Counted from the first letter of the stretch, positions 46,529 through 55,623 are shown. The stretch: DNA of 64,000 nt from Clostridia bacterium (GCA_017464565.1 JAFTZH010000035.1:213838-277837); one strand, 5' to 3'. Made by a program: numbers and translations. Notes: generated from the letters alone by a model not told the origin.

Positions 46529-47164
46529 TTACAGAGCCTTGACCAGCTCCGCTATCTTCTCGCACATCTGCGATATCTCCGCGTTTTTGAATTTGTAGCT
46601 TGCTTTGTTTGAGATAAGCCGAGCGCTTATATCAACTATCGTCTCTCTCGGCTCGAGATCGTTCTCGTAAAGAGTCTTTCCCGTCTCCACAATATCAACT
46701 ATAACGTCCGAAAGTCCGAGAATCGGAGCTATTTCGATAGAACCGTTAAGCTTGATTATATCTATCTCCCTGCTTTGTGAAGCGTAATATCTCTTTGCGA
46801 TATTCGGAAATTTCGTTGCGACGCGGAGCGTTCTGTCTCTGTCGTCGCAGAAATCCTTTTTGCAGGCAACTGCCATTCGGCACTTGCCCATTCCGAGATC
46901 CGCCAGCTCGTAGATATCGGGCGAGTATTCAAGAATTATATCCTTTCCCGCGATACCGATATCCGCCGCTCCCCTCTCGACGTATATTACTACGTCCGAG
47001 GGCTTTACCCAGAAATATCTGATTCCCTTTTCCTCGTTTGCGAAGATGAGCTTGCGGTTCTCCTCTTTTATCGAGGGACATTCGTATCCCGCCTCTTCAA
47101 AGACCCGATACGCCTTTTCTCCGAGCCTTCCCTTCGGAAGAGCTATATTAATCATTTGCTTCAA
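46529..47164 (-). CDS. hisG: ATP phosphoribosyltransferase, short form
   Basis: 211 aa beginning MINIALPKGRL. Confidence 0.9.
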   Translation of the reverse strand: MKQMINIALPKGRLGEKAYRVFEEAGYECPSIKEENRKLIFANEEKGIRYFWVKPSDVVIYVERGAADIGIAGKDIILEYSPDIYELADLGMGKCRMAVACKKDFCDDRDRTLRVATKFPNIAKRYYASQSREIDIIKLNGSIEIAPILGLSDVIVDIVETGKTLYENDLEPRETIVDISARLISNKASYKFKNAEISQMCEKIAELVKAL

Positions 47165-48272
47165 GAGTCTTCACTCCTTCCTTCGTTACCGAAACGAGCT
47201 CTCCGTATCTTACCTTGGTGCTCTTGTATTCCGTTCTAACCGTTTTTCCTTCCGAGCGAAGCTTATCCGCAAGCTCCGCCACGAGCCTTATGTCGCTCTC
47301 GTCGTCGTAAAGAAGCACCGTATCAACGTCGTAACGGCTCTTGCCCGTTTCAAGTCGGTCGAGCAGGTCAAGATAGACCGCAAAGCCGATAGCCCCCGTA
47401 TGCTTTCCCATCTTTTGCATAAGGCTGTCGTAACGTCCGCCCGAAAGTATTCCGTCGGGAATACCATTCACGAAGCCCTTGAAAATTATACCGTTGTAAT
47501 AATTCATATCGTTTACGGTAGAAAAGTCAAGGCGTATGCTCTCAGTCTCTCCGAAATTTTCTATCAACGAGGCGACCGCACAAAGCTCGTCGTAAGCCGC
47601 CCGCATCTTCTCTCCCTTTACGATATCGCGTATCGAAGCAAGCGCCTCGGAAAGCGGAGCGTAAAGCGCGGTCACAGCGCACATATCCTCTGTATCGCTC
47701 TCCGACACGCCTCTCTCGGCGCAGAACGCCTTTATCGCGGGAATATTTTTGTGTCCTATGCAGTCAAGGAGAAAATCGGCGTCCTTTCCCTCGATTCCCA
47801 CGTTTTCCATAAGCCCCATCAAAAAGCCCATATGCGATATATCGAGTATGTTATTCTCGCTTATAACCCCGAGACTTTTACGCGCGAGCATTATGACCTC
47901 GCACACCGCGTAAATATCAAGCTCTCCGATACATTCAAGCCCCGTCTGCATTATCTCCCTGAATCCGTCGGACGCCGCCGAGGTCCTGTATACGTTCTCG
48001 TTATAGTAGAGCTTGTGAGTTCCCTTTGCCGAGTCTCCGAGATTTTTTATTATAGAAAGCGTTACGTCTGGCTTCAGCGCCATAAGCTTTCCGTCGGTAT
48101 CGGTGAAAGTAAGAATATTCTCGCTTATAAGAAAGCTTTTGTTTCCGGCGTACAGGTCGTACTCCTCGAACTTGCTGACCTTATATCTCGAATATCCGTA
48201 TTTGCTGTAAAGCTCCCTGAGCTTGAATATAGCCTTTTCGTCGTTTTTCAAAACCTTGTCTGAAATACTCAT
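47148..48272 (-). CDS. hisZ: ATP phosphoribosyltransferase regulatory subunit
   Basis: 374 aa with a HisRS-like catalytic core and no anticodon-binding domain. Overlaps both hisG and the upstream gene. Confidence 0.85.
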   Translation of the reverse strand: MSISDKVLKNDEKAIFKLRELYSKYGYSRYKVSKFEEYDLYAGNKSFLISENILTFTDTDGKLMALKPDVTLSIIKNLGDSAKGTHKLYYNENVYRTSAASDGFREIMQTGLECIGELDIYAVCEVIMLARKSLGVISENNILDISHMGFLMGLMENVGIEGKDADFLLDCIGHKNIPAIKAFCAERGVSESDTEDMCAVTALYAPLSEALASIRDIVKGEKMRAAYDELCAVASLIENFGETESIRLDFSTVNDMNYYNGIIFKGFVNGIPDGILSGGRYDSLMQKMGKHTGAIGFAVYLDLLDRLETGKSRYDVDTVLLYDDESDIRLVAELADKLRSEGKTVRTEYKSTKVRYGELVSVTKEGVKTLEAND

Positions 48273-48562
48273 TTCCGTTCCTCTTTTATCTTTTCAAGGA
48301 TTCTGGCGTATCCGCCCGCGCCGTAATTATACGCTCTGTTTACCCGGCTTATCGTGGCCGTACTCGCGCCCGTTTCCTCAACTATTTTATTATAGACGGC
48401 TTGCTCGGACAGCATCTTGGCGACTATTATTCTCTGTGCCACGTCCTCTATCTCTTTTCTCGTCATAACGTCTTCCAAAAAATTTACGCATTCCTGCTCG
48501 TCCTCGATAGCGAGCAATGCCTTGACAAGCAGCTCCAAGCCTTCGTTTCCGTGAAAATCCAT
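48269..48562 (-). CDS. YerC/YecD-family TrpR-like DNA-binding protein (candidate his operon regulator)
   Basis: 97 aa with TRKEIEDVAQRIIVAKML and ETGASTATISRVNRAYNYG. It shares a 4-nt overlap with hisZ and is the first gene of the operon. Confidence 0.75.
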   Translation of the reverse strand: MDFHGNEGLELLVKALLAIEDEQECVNFLEDVMTRKEIEDVAQRIIVAKMLSEQAVYNKIVEETGASTATISRVNRAYNYGAGGYARILEKIKEERK

Positions 48563-48608
48563 ATCAGAATATCTCCTTGAATATCCATATTCGCTTTAAC
48601 ACTTTAGT

Positions 48609-48637
48609 ATGATAACACAATAAAGCGTTTTAGTCAA
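48609..48637 (-). promoter_or_regulatory. his operon promoter TTGACT-17-TGTTATCAT (extended -10)
   Basis: The -35 is the complement of 48632-48637 and the -10 is the complement of 48609-48614. It is flanked by the inverted repeat CGCTTTA..TAAAGCG (48592-48627). Confidence 0.6.
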
Positions 48638-48733
48638 TCCATTTCGTAAAACTTTTTCATTTTCCGCAAAATGCACTTAACGGGGGATTATTGCGCCTCG
48701 GTTGTGTTCACCTTATACAAAAAACGATAGCAA

Positions 48734-48760
48734 GGGGTCGCCGCGCGTCGCGGCAACCCC
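48734..48760 (-). terminator. GC-rich hairpin terminator
   Basis: GGGGTCGCCGCG-CGT-CGCGGCAACCCC. The T-run lies about 10 nt downstream on the minus strand. Confidence 0.5.
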
Positions 48761-48774
48761 TATACTCAGCCGAT

Positions 48775-49062
48775 TTACATCAACGCTCTATCCAGCCATA
48801 CAAGTCCGATTCCCAAAGCATCGTAAAATCCCTTTTTTGAACCCTGATTCTTGATATCACCCGAATTCTGCGGATTTATTATCTGAATAAAGATATCATC
48901 GGGAACGCTCGTACCGTCAACCTCTTTATATGACATAATTTCAAGGATAAGAACGTATTTATCCGTCATATCGCCGTAGCATATAGTATCTCCCTCGCGG
49001 ACCAGCGGCTTGCCGCGGTACTCAAGATACTTGCCGCCGACGACGGCTCTTTCTTCTGCCAT
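48775..49062 (-). CDS. small hypothetical protein
   Basis: The likely start is ATG 49062 (MAEERAVVGGKYLEY..) after GGAGGG. The 135-aa version in the track adds an AT-rich N-terminus. Confidence 0.5.
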   Translation of the reverse strand: MAEERAVVGGKYLEYRGKPLVREGDTICYGDMTDKYVLILEIMSYKEVDGTSVPDDIFIQIINPQNSGDIKNQGSKKGFYDALGIGLVWLDRALM

Positions 49063-49278
49063 TATTATCCCTCCCTGTAAAATCGTTATATTTATATTGA
49101 TTATATCACAAAACCAACTCAAAGTCAACGATATTTTCTCGTCAGACGCCTTTTTTATGATTTTATTTAATATATTTTCCAAAAAAACCGCTTTGTTTAC
49201 AATGCGTTCAAAAATTGAGTATATAATTTATATTATATATACGTTTTATATATCGTTATTTACGAGGTATTTATAATT

Positions 49279-50265
49279 ATGGAAATAGCCAACGAAAAAA
49301 AAGCCTTGCGGGGGCTGCGCATCCTGCTTATCGGAACGGGAGCCGCAACTGCCGCGGGAATCGCTCTGCGTATAATATCACTCTTGCTTTTCTACGACCG
49401 TAATATCGGATATTATTCGGCGGGAGCGGTGCTTCCGACCGTTATGAATATACTTTTAGTATGCGCCGTCGTCCTTATATTAGCGGGTGTTCTTCTGCTC
49501 GCAAAAAATTCGGATATACCGAAGGGAGATGATAAAGGCATCGCGGTAAAAATATCAAGTACGCTATGCGCCCTCGCATTTGCCGCGCTCGCTCTGATGA
49601 CACTCTATTCTTTCGTATCTCTCTTTTACGCGCCCTCTTGGAAGAGCCTTCTCTTCCTCGCCGCCTCACTTCTTTCCGCCGCGTATTTCGTTATGAATTT
49701 TCTGAAAAAAGGCTCTGACGTTCAGTCGCTTTTATCCATAGCCGTAATAATTTTCGCCGTATACGTTCTCGCGATTTCTTATTTCGACGTATACACGCAG
49801 ATGAACTCACCAAATAAGCTCATTCTTCATATGGCTTGCCTTTCTTCTATGATATTTTTCCTGTCGGAAGCGCGCTGTCTTATCGGAACGCAGAAAAAGA
49901 AAACGTATATCTTTTCTCTCTGCGTCTCCGTGCTTCTTCTCGGAACCTCCTCTGTCCCCTCTATAATCGCTTTTCATCTCGGTATTCTTGAAAATTACGA
50001 GTACGTTCTTTTTGATTACGCTTTCCTCTTCCTTTGGATATATATTCTCGTAAGATTCGTTTTCTGCTTTATTAAGCCGAAGAACGAGTCCGCCTCCGAA
50101 ATTTCGGATACGCCGAACACCGAGCTTGACTCTGCCGAAGCCGCAGACTATGAATCTCCAGAGGACACGGTATCCGAGAATATCGCCTCTGACGGCTCCG
50201 TACCGTCCGGCACCGATAACAGCGATGACGTTACGAAAGGCAACGACCGAATAAATAACGAATAA
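49279..50265 (+). CDS. hypothetical polytopic membrane protein with acidic C-terminal tail
   Basis: 328 aa with about 7 hydrophobic helices and a D/E/S-rich C-terminus. Confidence 0.55.
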   Translation: MEIANEKKALRGLRILLIGTGAATAAGIALRIISLLLFYDRNIGYYSAGAVLPTVMNILLVCAVVLILAGVLLLAKNSDIPKGDDKGIAVKISSTLCALAFAALALMTLYSFVSLFYAPSWKSLLFLAASLLSAAYFVMNFLKKGSDVQSLLSIAVIIFAVYVLAISYFDVYTQMNSPNKLILHMACLSSMIFFLSEARCLIGTQKKKTYIFSLCVSVLLLGTSSVPSIIAFHLGILENYEYVLFDYAFLFLWIYILVRFVFCFIKPKNESASEISDTPNTELDSAEAADYESPEDTVSENIASDGSVPSGTDNSDDVTKGNDRINNE

Positions 50266-50284
50266 ATATTGAAAGGACGCTCTA

Positions 50285-50827
50285 ATGAACGCCGACCTCC
50301 GAATACAGTGGCTCCACAAAAAGCTGTGCGAGAACCGATATCCGAACGCTATGCGCCTATCCGAAAAATTCAATATATCTCACAGGCAGGCGCAAAGAGA
50401 CATAGAGCATTTGCGCCGTAAGCTTGGCGCGCCCCTGAAATACAGCAATTCAAAAAGAGGATTTTACTATACCTCCGAGTTCTCGCTCCCTACCTTCATC
50501 GCCACGGAAAACGATTCGGAGTACTCTGACCTCGTAAACGGTATAGACCCGTTCTACTCCAATCTTGCCGACCGCGCCATAATACAGCTTCAGATTCCGT
50601 ACACCGCCACGCTCGAGATAAAGGATAAGCTGACCGTTATGAATATGCAGTCCTTTATTATAGCTCAAAAGCCGAAGCACTTATACGAATGTGAATTTCA
50701 AAGCATAGAGACTTTTCTCGGAGCAATTATGGCTATGGAATCTGACATAACGATAGTTGCGCCCGACTGGCTCAGAGAAAAGCTCGTATCTGCCGCCGAA
50801 CGTATACTGAAAAACAATAAAAATTAA
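50285..50827 (+). CDS. HTH transcriptional regulator of YafY/WYL-regulator type, lacking an evident WYL domain (HTH + WCX-like C-terminus)
   Basis: 180 aa with an HTH (MRLSEKFNISHRQAQRDIEHLRR) and a C-terminal ITIVAPDWLREKLVSAAERIL pattern. Confidence 0.55.
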   Translation: MNADLRIQWLHKKLCENRYPNAMRLSEKFNISHRQAQRDIEHLRRKLGAPLKYSNSKRGFYYTSEFSLPTFIATENDSEYSDLVNGIDPFYSNLADRAIIQLQIPYTATLEIKDKLTVMNMQSFIIAQKPKHLYECEFQSIETFLGAIMAMESDITIVAPDWLREKLVSAAERILKNNKN

Positions 50828-50850
50828 TTTTATAATTTTTGCAAAAACTA

Positions 50851-50879
50851 TTGACAAACCGTTTCGTTTGTGTTATCAT
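50851..50879 (+). promoter_or_regulatory. rplJL promoter TTGACA-17-TGTTATCAT
   Basis: TTGACA at 50851-50856 and TATCAT at 50874-50879, preceded by TGT. TTTTTGCAAAAA lies directly upstream at 50836-50847. Confidence 0.6.
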
Positions 50880-51046
50880 ATCTAATGTTATCCAAAGACA
50901 GCAGGTTTCCGTAAAAGCTATGCTTCCCTGCCGAGGAGAGATTTTAAATCATTTTGCTTTATATCTTTCTTCGCGCAAAGCTGTGCCTTTCGGAAGAAAG
51001 ATTTTTTATTTTCCTGCTCATTTCACATTTGGGAGGTGAAAAACAA
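50880..51046 (+). ncRNA. ribosomal protein L10 leader (autoregulatory attenuator) candidate
   Basis: A leader of about 165 nt lies between the promoter and rplJ. It contains the terminator hairpin TCTTTCTTCG..CGGAAGAAAGA (50964-51001) plus TTTTTTATTTT. The position and architecture match the Firmicute L10 leader, but the sequence was not checked against a model. Confidence 0.55.
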
Positions 51047-51571
51047 ATGCCAAGCAAATCAATTCTTGAACAGAAACAGGCTGTCGTTGCAGACCTTGCC
51101 GAAATGCTGAGAAATTCTCCCGCGGGCGTTCTCGTAAACTACCAGGGAATCACCGTTGACGCTGACACGAAGCTCCGTAAGGCTCTCCGTGAATCGGGCG
51201 TTAAGTATATGGTCATTAAGAATTCTCTCACGGGCAGAGCGTGCGACGAGGTTGGTCTGGGCGATATGAAGCAGTACCTCACGGGTATGACCGCTATCGC
51301 TATCAGCGAATCCGACCCTATTGCTCCCGCAAAGGTAATCAAGGAATACGCTGAAAAAATCGAATCGTTTGAGATCCTTGCAGGTTATCTCGACGGCGCG
51401 GTAGTTTCAAAAGACACCGTAAACGCTCTCGCTGATATTCCTTCAAAGGAAGTTCTTATCGCAAAGCTCCTTGGAAGCATCAAGTCCCCGCTTTACGGCT
51501 TCGCTTATGCTCTTCAGGCTATCATCGACAAGGACGGAGAGGCTGCTCCCGCAGCAGAGGCAGAAGCGTAA
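51047..51571 (+). CDS. rplJ: 50S ribosomal protein L10
   Basis: ATG 51047 follows GGGAGGTG (MPSKSILEQKQAVV..). The longer ORF in the track reads through the leader. Confidence 0.9.
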   Translation: MPSKSILEQKQAVVADLAEMLRNSPAGVLVNYQGITVDADTKLRKALRESGVKYMVIKNSLTGRACDEVGLGDMKQYLTGMTAIAISESDPIAPAKVIKEYAEKIESFEILAGYLDGAVVSKDTVNALADIPSKEVLIAKLLGSIKSPLYGFAYALQAIIDKDGEAAPAAEAEA

Positions 51572-51669
51572 TTCTGCCAAACAATTTTTCATCGGCATAC
51601 CTTGCCGAAAAATGCGTATAACGCAAATCTAAATTTAATTAAAATCCATTTTATAGGAGGAAATTTAAA

Positions 51670-52047
51670 ATGGCATCTGAGAAAATCACAAACATTCTTG
51701 AAGAGATTAAGTCTCTTACGATACTTGAGCTTGCTGACCTTGTAAAGGCAGTTGAGGAGGAGTTCGGCGTATCCGCTGCTGCTCCCGTTGGAGTTGCCGT
51801 TGCGGCAGGCGCTGCTGCTCCCGCAGCTGAAGAGAAGACCGAATTTGACGTTGTTCTTAAAAGCTTCGGCGCTAAGAAGCTTGACGTTATTAAGGCTGTT
51901 CGCGAGATCACCGGTCTCGGTCTTAAGGAAGCTAAAGAGATGGTTGAAGGCGCTCCCAAGAACGTTAAGGAAGGCGTTTCCAAGGACGAGGCTGAGAGCA
52001 TTAAGAAGGCTCTCGAAGAGGCTGGCGCTGAGGTTGAGGTTAAGTAA
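51670..52047 (+). CDS. rplL: 50S ribosomal protein L7/L12
   Basis: 125 aa with an Ala-rich hinge and the C-terminal pattern [22 protein letters not shown]. Confidence 0.95.
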   Translation: MASEKITNILEEIKSLTILELADLVKAVEEEFGVSAAAPVGVAVAAGAAAPAAEEKTEFDVVLKSFGAKKLDVIKAVREITGLGLKEAKEMVEGAPKNVKEGVSKDEAESIKKALEEAGAEVEVK

Positions 52048-52056
52048 TTTAGCCTT

Positions 52057-52109
52057 ATACAACATAGAAAAAGCACGGGATATAATCCCGTGCTTGTTCT
52101 ATGTTGTAT
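52057..52109. terminator. long palindromic terminator after rplL (24-bp arms, 1 mismatch)
   Basis: ATACAACATAGAAAAAGCACGGGA-TATAA-TCCCGTGCTTGTTCTATGTTGTAT. Confidence 0.7.
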
Positions 52110-52122
52110 TGTTGGTTTTTGC

Positions 52123-52364
52123 GGGGGAGGAGCTTCTTTCAAAAAGCTTTAAACGGTTTTGGTTTAATTTTAGGTTTTCGTTTTTCTTTCTACAGAGGGA
52201 TTAATTCCGGTTTCACCATACCCGCCCCTACCCTGCCGAGTATGGTGAAAATTTTAAATAAGCTCTCGGTAGGAAGCAAGACAAAAAAATAAAGCCATAC
52301 CCAAGTTTTAAAATTTTTGAAGAGGGGGTTAAGGGGGAGGGACTTTTGCAAAAGTCCCTCCCCC
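52123..52364 (+). repeat. intergenic repeat element copy C
   Basis: It has a degenerate left hairpin at 52123-52149 and an 11-bp inverted repeat TTTCACCATAC/GTATGGTGAAA (52211-52221 and 52240-52250). The shared interior block follows, then the perfect 32-bp palindrome GGGGGAGGGACTTTTG/CAAAAGTCCCTCCCCC at 52333-52364. Confidence 0.8.
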
Positions 52365-52386
52365 TTATTATAAAAGCTTCTCACTT

Positions 52387-53781
52387 TCAAGCGTTGTGAA
52401 CGCCTATTGAAGCATCGGATTCCGAATCTATGCCGTACTTCTTTGCTTTTCTGTACTCAAAGAATTTAAGGGCGACCTGCTCGAAGAGCGCATAGGAGAG
52501 AACGTCCTCGTCCTGCTCCATATACTGCGGAATCTTCGCGCGCAGCTCATCAAGCTCCGCTCCGAGCTTATCCGCGGGACGGCAGGTAATTCTCTCTGCG
52601 TCTCCGATTATCTTCTTCGCGAACTCGGGGTCTATCTCAACGGGCGTCTTACCGTACTGACCCTGAATAAGTCCCTTGAATTCCTTCGTTACCATTTTGT
52701 ATCTTTCTCCGCCGATAACGTTGAACACCGCCTGCGTTCCGACTATCTGCGAGGAAGGAGTTACGAGCGGAGGATATCCCGCGTCGGCTCTTACTCTCGG
52801 AACCTCCTCAAGGACCTCGGTAAGCTTATCCGACTTTCCTGCCTGCTTAAGCTGGGAAACGAGGTTGGAAAGCATTCCGCCGGGAACCTGATATATAAGC
52901 GCGTTTACGTCTACCTTGAGCATCTTGGGGTCGAGCAAGCCCGACTTCAGATATCTCTCGCGGATAGGCTCGAAGTATTTGGTTATCTCGTCAAGCTGTG
53001 CGAGGTCGATTCCCGTATCGTACTCGGTTCCCGCGAGGGTAGCGACGATAGACTCCGTGGGAGGCTGAGACGTTCCCATAGCCATAGGAGATATAGCGGT
53101 ATCAACGACGTCAACTCCCGCCTCGATAGCCTTAAGAAGAGTCATTGAAGCAAGACCCGAGGTATAGTGCGTGTGCATCTGTATCGGTATCTTTACGGTC
53201 TCCTTAAGCGCCTTAACGAGATCGTAAGCGTCGTAAGGCTTGAGCAAACCTGCCATATCCTTGATACAGATGGAATCCGCTCCCATCTCCTCAAGAGTTT
53301 TGGCGTAATTTGTATAATATTCGGTTGTGTATACCTCACCCGTAGTGTAGCTTATAGCCGCCTGAACGTGTCCGCCCTCTTTCTTGGTTGCGTTTATAGC
53401 GGTCTTGAGATTTCTCGGATCGTTGAGAGCGTCGAAAATTCTCAAAATATCTATTCCGTTAGCGATAGATTTCTGAACGAAATATTCAACCACGTCGTCA
53501 GAATAATGACGGTAGCCGAGGATATTCTGTCCTCTGAAAAGCATCTGGAGCTTGGTATTCTTTACGTTTGCGCGTATCTTGCGAAGTCTTTCCCACGGGT
53601 CCTCGTTGAGAAAGCGCAAGCAAGAGTCAAAGGTAGCGCCGCCCCACGCCTCAAGCGAGTGGTAGCCTATCTTGTCAAGCTTTTCAAGTATCGGAAGCAT
53701 CTCTTCCGTTGTCATTCTCGTAGCGACGAGCGATTGGTGCGAGTCGCGGAGAACGGTTTCTGTTATCTTTACCTGTGCCAT
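52387..53781 (-). CDS. oxaloacetate decarboxylase alpha / transcarboxylase 5S-type carboxyltransferase, without biotinyl domain
   Basis: 464 aa beginning MAQVKITETVLRDSHQSL, followed by an HMGL-like TIM barrel. It ends before any AMKM biotin motif. Confidence 0.8.
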   Translation of the reverse strand: MAQVKITETVLRDSHQSLVATRMTTEEMLPILEKLDKIGYHSLEAWGGATFDSCLRFLNEDPWERLRKIRANVKNTKLQMLFRGQNILGYRHYSDDVVEYFVQKSIANGIDILRIFDALNDPRNLKTAINATKKEGGHVQAAISYTTGEVYTTEYYTNYAKTLEEMGADSICIKDMAGLLKPYDAYDLVKALKETVKIPIQMHTHYTSGLASMTLLKAIEAGVDVVDTAISPMAMGTSQPPTESIVATLAGTEYDTGIDLAQLDEITKYFEPIRERYLKSGLLDPKMLKVDVNALIYQVPGGMLSNLVSQLKQAGKSDKLTEVLEEVPRVRADAGYPPLVTPSSQIVGTQAVFNVIGGERYKMVTKEFKGLIQGQYGKTPVEIDPEFAKKIIGDAERITCRPADKLGAELDELRAKIPQYMEQDEDVLSYALFEQVALKFFEYRKAKKYGIDSESDASIGVHNA

Positions 53782-53800
53782 ATTTACCTCCGTTTAACCT

Positions 53801-55156
53801 TTAAAACCACGACAGGAACACACCTGCCGCTACCGCCGAGCCTATAACTCCGGCAACGTTGGGTCCCATCGCGTGCATAAGAAGGAAGTTTGAGGGATCC
53901 TCACTCTGCCCTACCTTCTGTGAAACTCTTGCCGCCATAGGAACTGCGGATACTCCCGCAGAACCGATAAGGGGATTTATCTTTCCGCCCGTCAGCCAAT
54001 TCATTATCTTTGCGGTGATAAGTCCGCCGCAGGTCGATATACAGAACGCTACGAGACCGCACGCGATAATAATAAGCGTTTCGACCTTAAGGAAGTTTGC
54101 GGCGCTTGCCGTAGCTCCTACCGATATACCGAGGAATATCGTAACGATATTCATAAGCTCGTTCTGCGCGGTCTTTGAAAGCCTGTCGGTTACTCCGCAG
54201 ACGTTGAGCAGGTTACCGAACATAAGACAGCCTACGAGCGGTACCGCGTCGGGAACGATAAGTCCTACGATAAAAGTAACGACTATCGGGAAAATTACCT
54301 TTTCTACCTTTGAAACGGTACGAAGCGAGGTCATTTTTATCTGACGTTCCTTCTTGGTAGTAAGCAGCTTCATAAAGGGAGGCTGTATCAGCGGTATGAG
54401 AGCCATATAGCTGTAAGCCGCGATAGCGATAGCTCCGAGAAGCGCCGGCGCGAGCGTCTTTGTAACGAGAATTGCCGTAGGTCCGTCAGCTCCTCCGATA
54501 ATACCGATGGAAGCCGCCTCCTGCGGAGTGAAAAATCCCGAAAGCAGAGCCGCCGCGAAAGCGACGAAAACTCCAAGCTGTGCGCCCGCTCCGATAAGCA
54601 GACTCTTCGGATTGGATATCAGCGGTGAGAAATCGGTCATAGCTCCTATACCCACGAATATAAGACACGGGTAGATACCGAGCTTTACACCGAGGTAAAG
54701 AAGGTCGAGAAGTCCTCCGTCGTGAAGAACCTCGCCGTAATTTACAGACGTCAGGCTTTCCATAAGGGCTTCGTACGTGCTCTCTTGGAATCCGCCCATC
54801 GCAAATTCGGTAAGCGCCTCCATCTCGATTCCGTTATCGAGCAGGATATTTACCGCGTTGGGAACGGAGTCGGGTGTCAGGCTCTGCGCCCCGAAGATAG
54901 CTTCAAGCGCCTCGACCGCTTCTTCGGCAGGTATGAACATATCCAGATGGAACATATTCGCCCCCGGAAGATTCGTCAGAAGCATACCTATCGCGATAGG
55001 AAGCAGGAGCAGAGGCTCGAACTTCTTCACGATAGCGAGGTATACGAGAACGAAAGCAATAACGAACATAATAGCCGTCTGCCACCAATTCTCATCTCCG
55101 AACAGTCGGGCAATGCCTGTCGTACTTAAGAAATTTTTAATACTATCAATAAGCAT
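53801..55156 (-). CDS. Na+-translocating decarboxylase beta subunit (OadB/MmdB/GcdB family)
   Basis: 451-aa polytopic protein with the typical pattern EPLLLLPIAIGMLLTNLP and the C-terminal pattern GAADGPTAI. Confidence 0.85.
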   Translation of the reverse strand: MLIDSIKNFLSTTGIARLFGDENWWQTAIMFVIAFVLVYLAIVKKFEPLLLLPIAIGMLLTNLPGANMFHLDMFIPAEEAVEALEAIFGAQSLTPDSVPNAVNILLDNGIEMEALTEFAMGGFQESTYEALMESLTSVNYGEVLHDGGLLDLLYLGVKLGIYPCLIFVGIGAMTDFSPLISNPKSLLIGAGAQLGVFVAFAAALLSGFFTPQEAASIGIIGGADGPTAILVTKTLAPALLGAIAIAAYSYMALIPLIQPPFMKLLTTKKERQIKMTSLRTVSKVEKVIFPIVVTFIVGLIVPDAVPLVGCLMFGNLLNVCGVTDRLSKTAQNELMNIVTIFLGISVGATASAANFLKVETLIIIACGLVAFCISTCGGLITAKIMNWLTGGKINPLIGSAGVSAVPMAARVSQKVGQSEDPSNFLLMHAMGPNVAGVIGSAVAAGVFLSWF

Positions 55157-55206
55157 TTCCTACTGTTTCCTTTCAATAAAATAATTTAACTTTCTTTGAA
55201 AGAAAA

Positions 55207-55623
55207 TCAGTTGAGAGTTACGAGAACGGCGTCGGTCTCAACGGTTGCGCCCTGCGCGACCTCAACGCTCGCCACTACTCCGTCGGAAGGAGCGCAAACG
55301 TCGTTCTCCATCTTCATAGCCTCAAGAACTACGAGGACGTCTCCCCTCTTGACAGCTGCTCCTGCCTTTACGTTAACCTTGATTATATTGCCGGGCATAG
55401 GAGCCTTAACGGTAACGCTGCCTGCCGCAGCCTTGGGAGCGGCGGGTGCCGCTTTGGGTGCTGCTGTGGGAGCGGGTGCTGCTGTGGGAGCGGGTGCCGC
55501 CGCAGGTGCGGGTGCGGGCGCTGCTGCGGGAGCAGAAACGGGTGCGGAAGCGGCGGATGCGCCTACCTCCTCAACGTCAACAGTATAGGTAACGCCGTTT
55601 ACGGTTATATTATAAGTTTTCAT
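55207..55623 (-). CDS. biotin carboxyl carrier subunit with Ala/Pro linker
   Basis: 138 aa with the EAMKMEN biotinylation motif and an (AAPAPT)n linker. Confidence 0.85.
   Translation of the reverse strand: MKTYNITVNGVTYTVDVEEVGASAASAPVSAPAAAPAPAPAAAPAPTAAPAPTAAPKAAPAAPKAAAGSVTVKAPMPGNIIKVNVKAGAAVKRGDVLVVLEAMKMENDVCAPSDGVVASVEVAQGATVETDAVLVTLN

Noticed and set aside
47046-48263. A long 405-aa plus-strand ORF antisense to hisZ/hisG. Similar long antisense ORFs occur at 1517-2329, 23133-24131, 32035-33054, 41354-42031, 45520-46140 and 57889-58671.
   Set aside because: Each lies fully opposite a well-supported conserved gene. They have junk-like composition (R/S/L/V/Y/K-rich) and no RBS. This pattern is typical of shadow ORFs produced by codon periodicity.
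55425-55545. A tandem GC-rich DNA repeat (GGGAGCGGGTGCTGCTGT-like units).
   Set aside because: It encodes the Ala/Pro-rich flexible linker (AAPAPT repeats) of the biotin carrier protein, so it is coding low complexity rather than an independent repeat.
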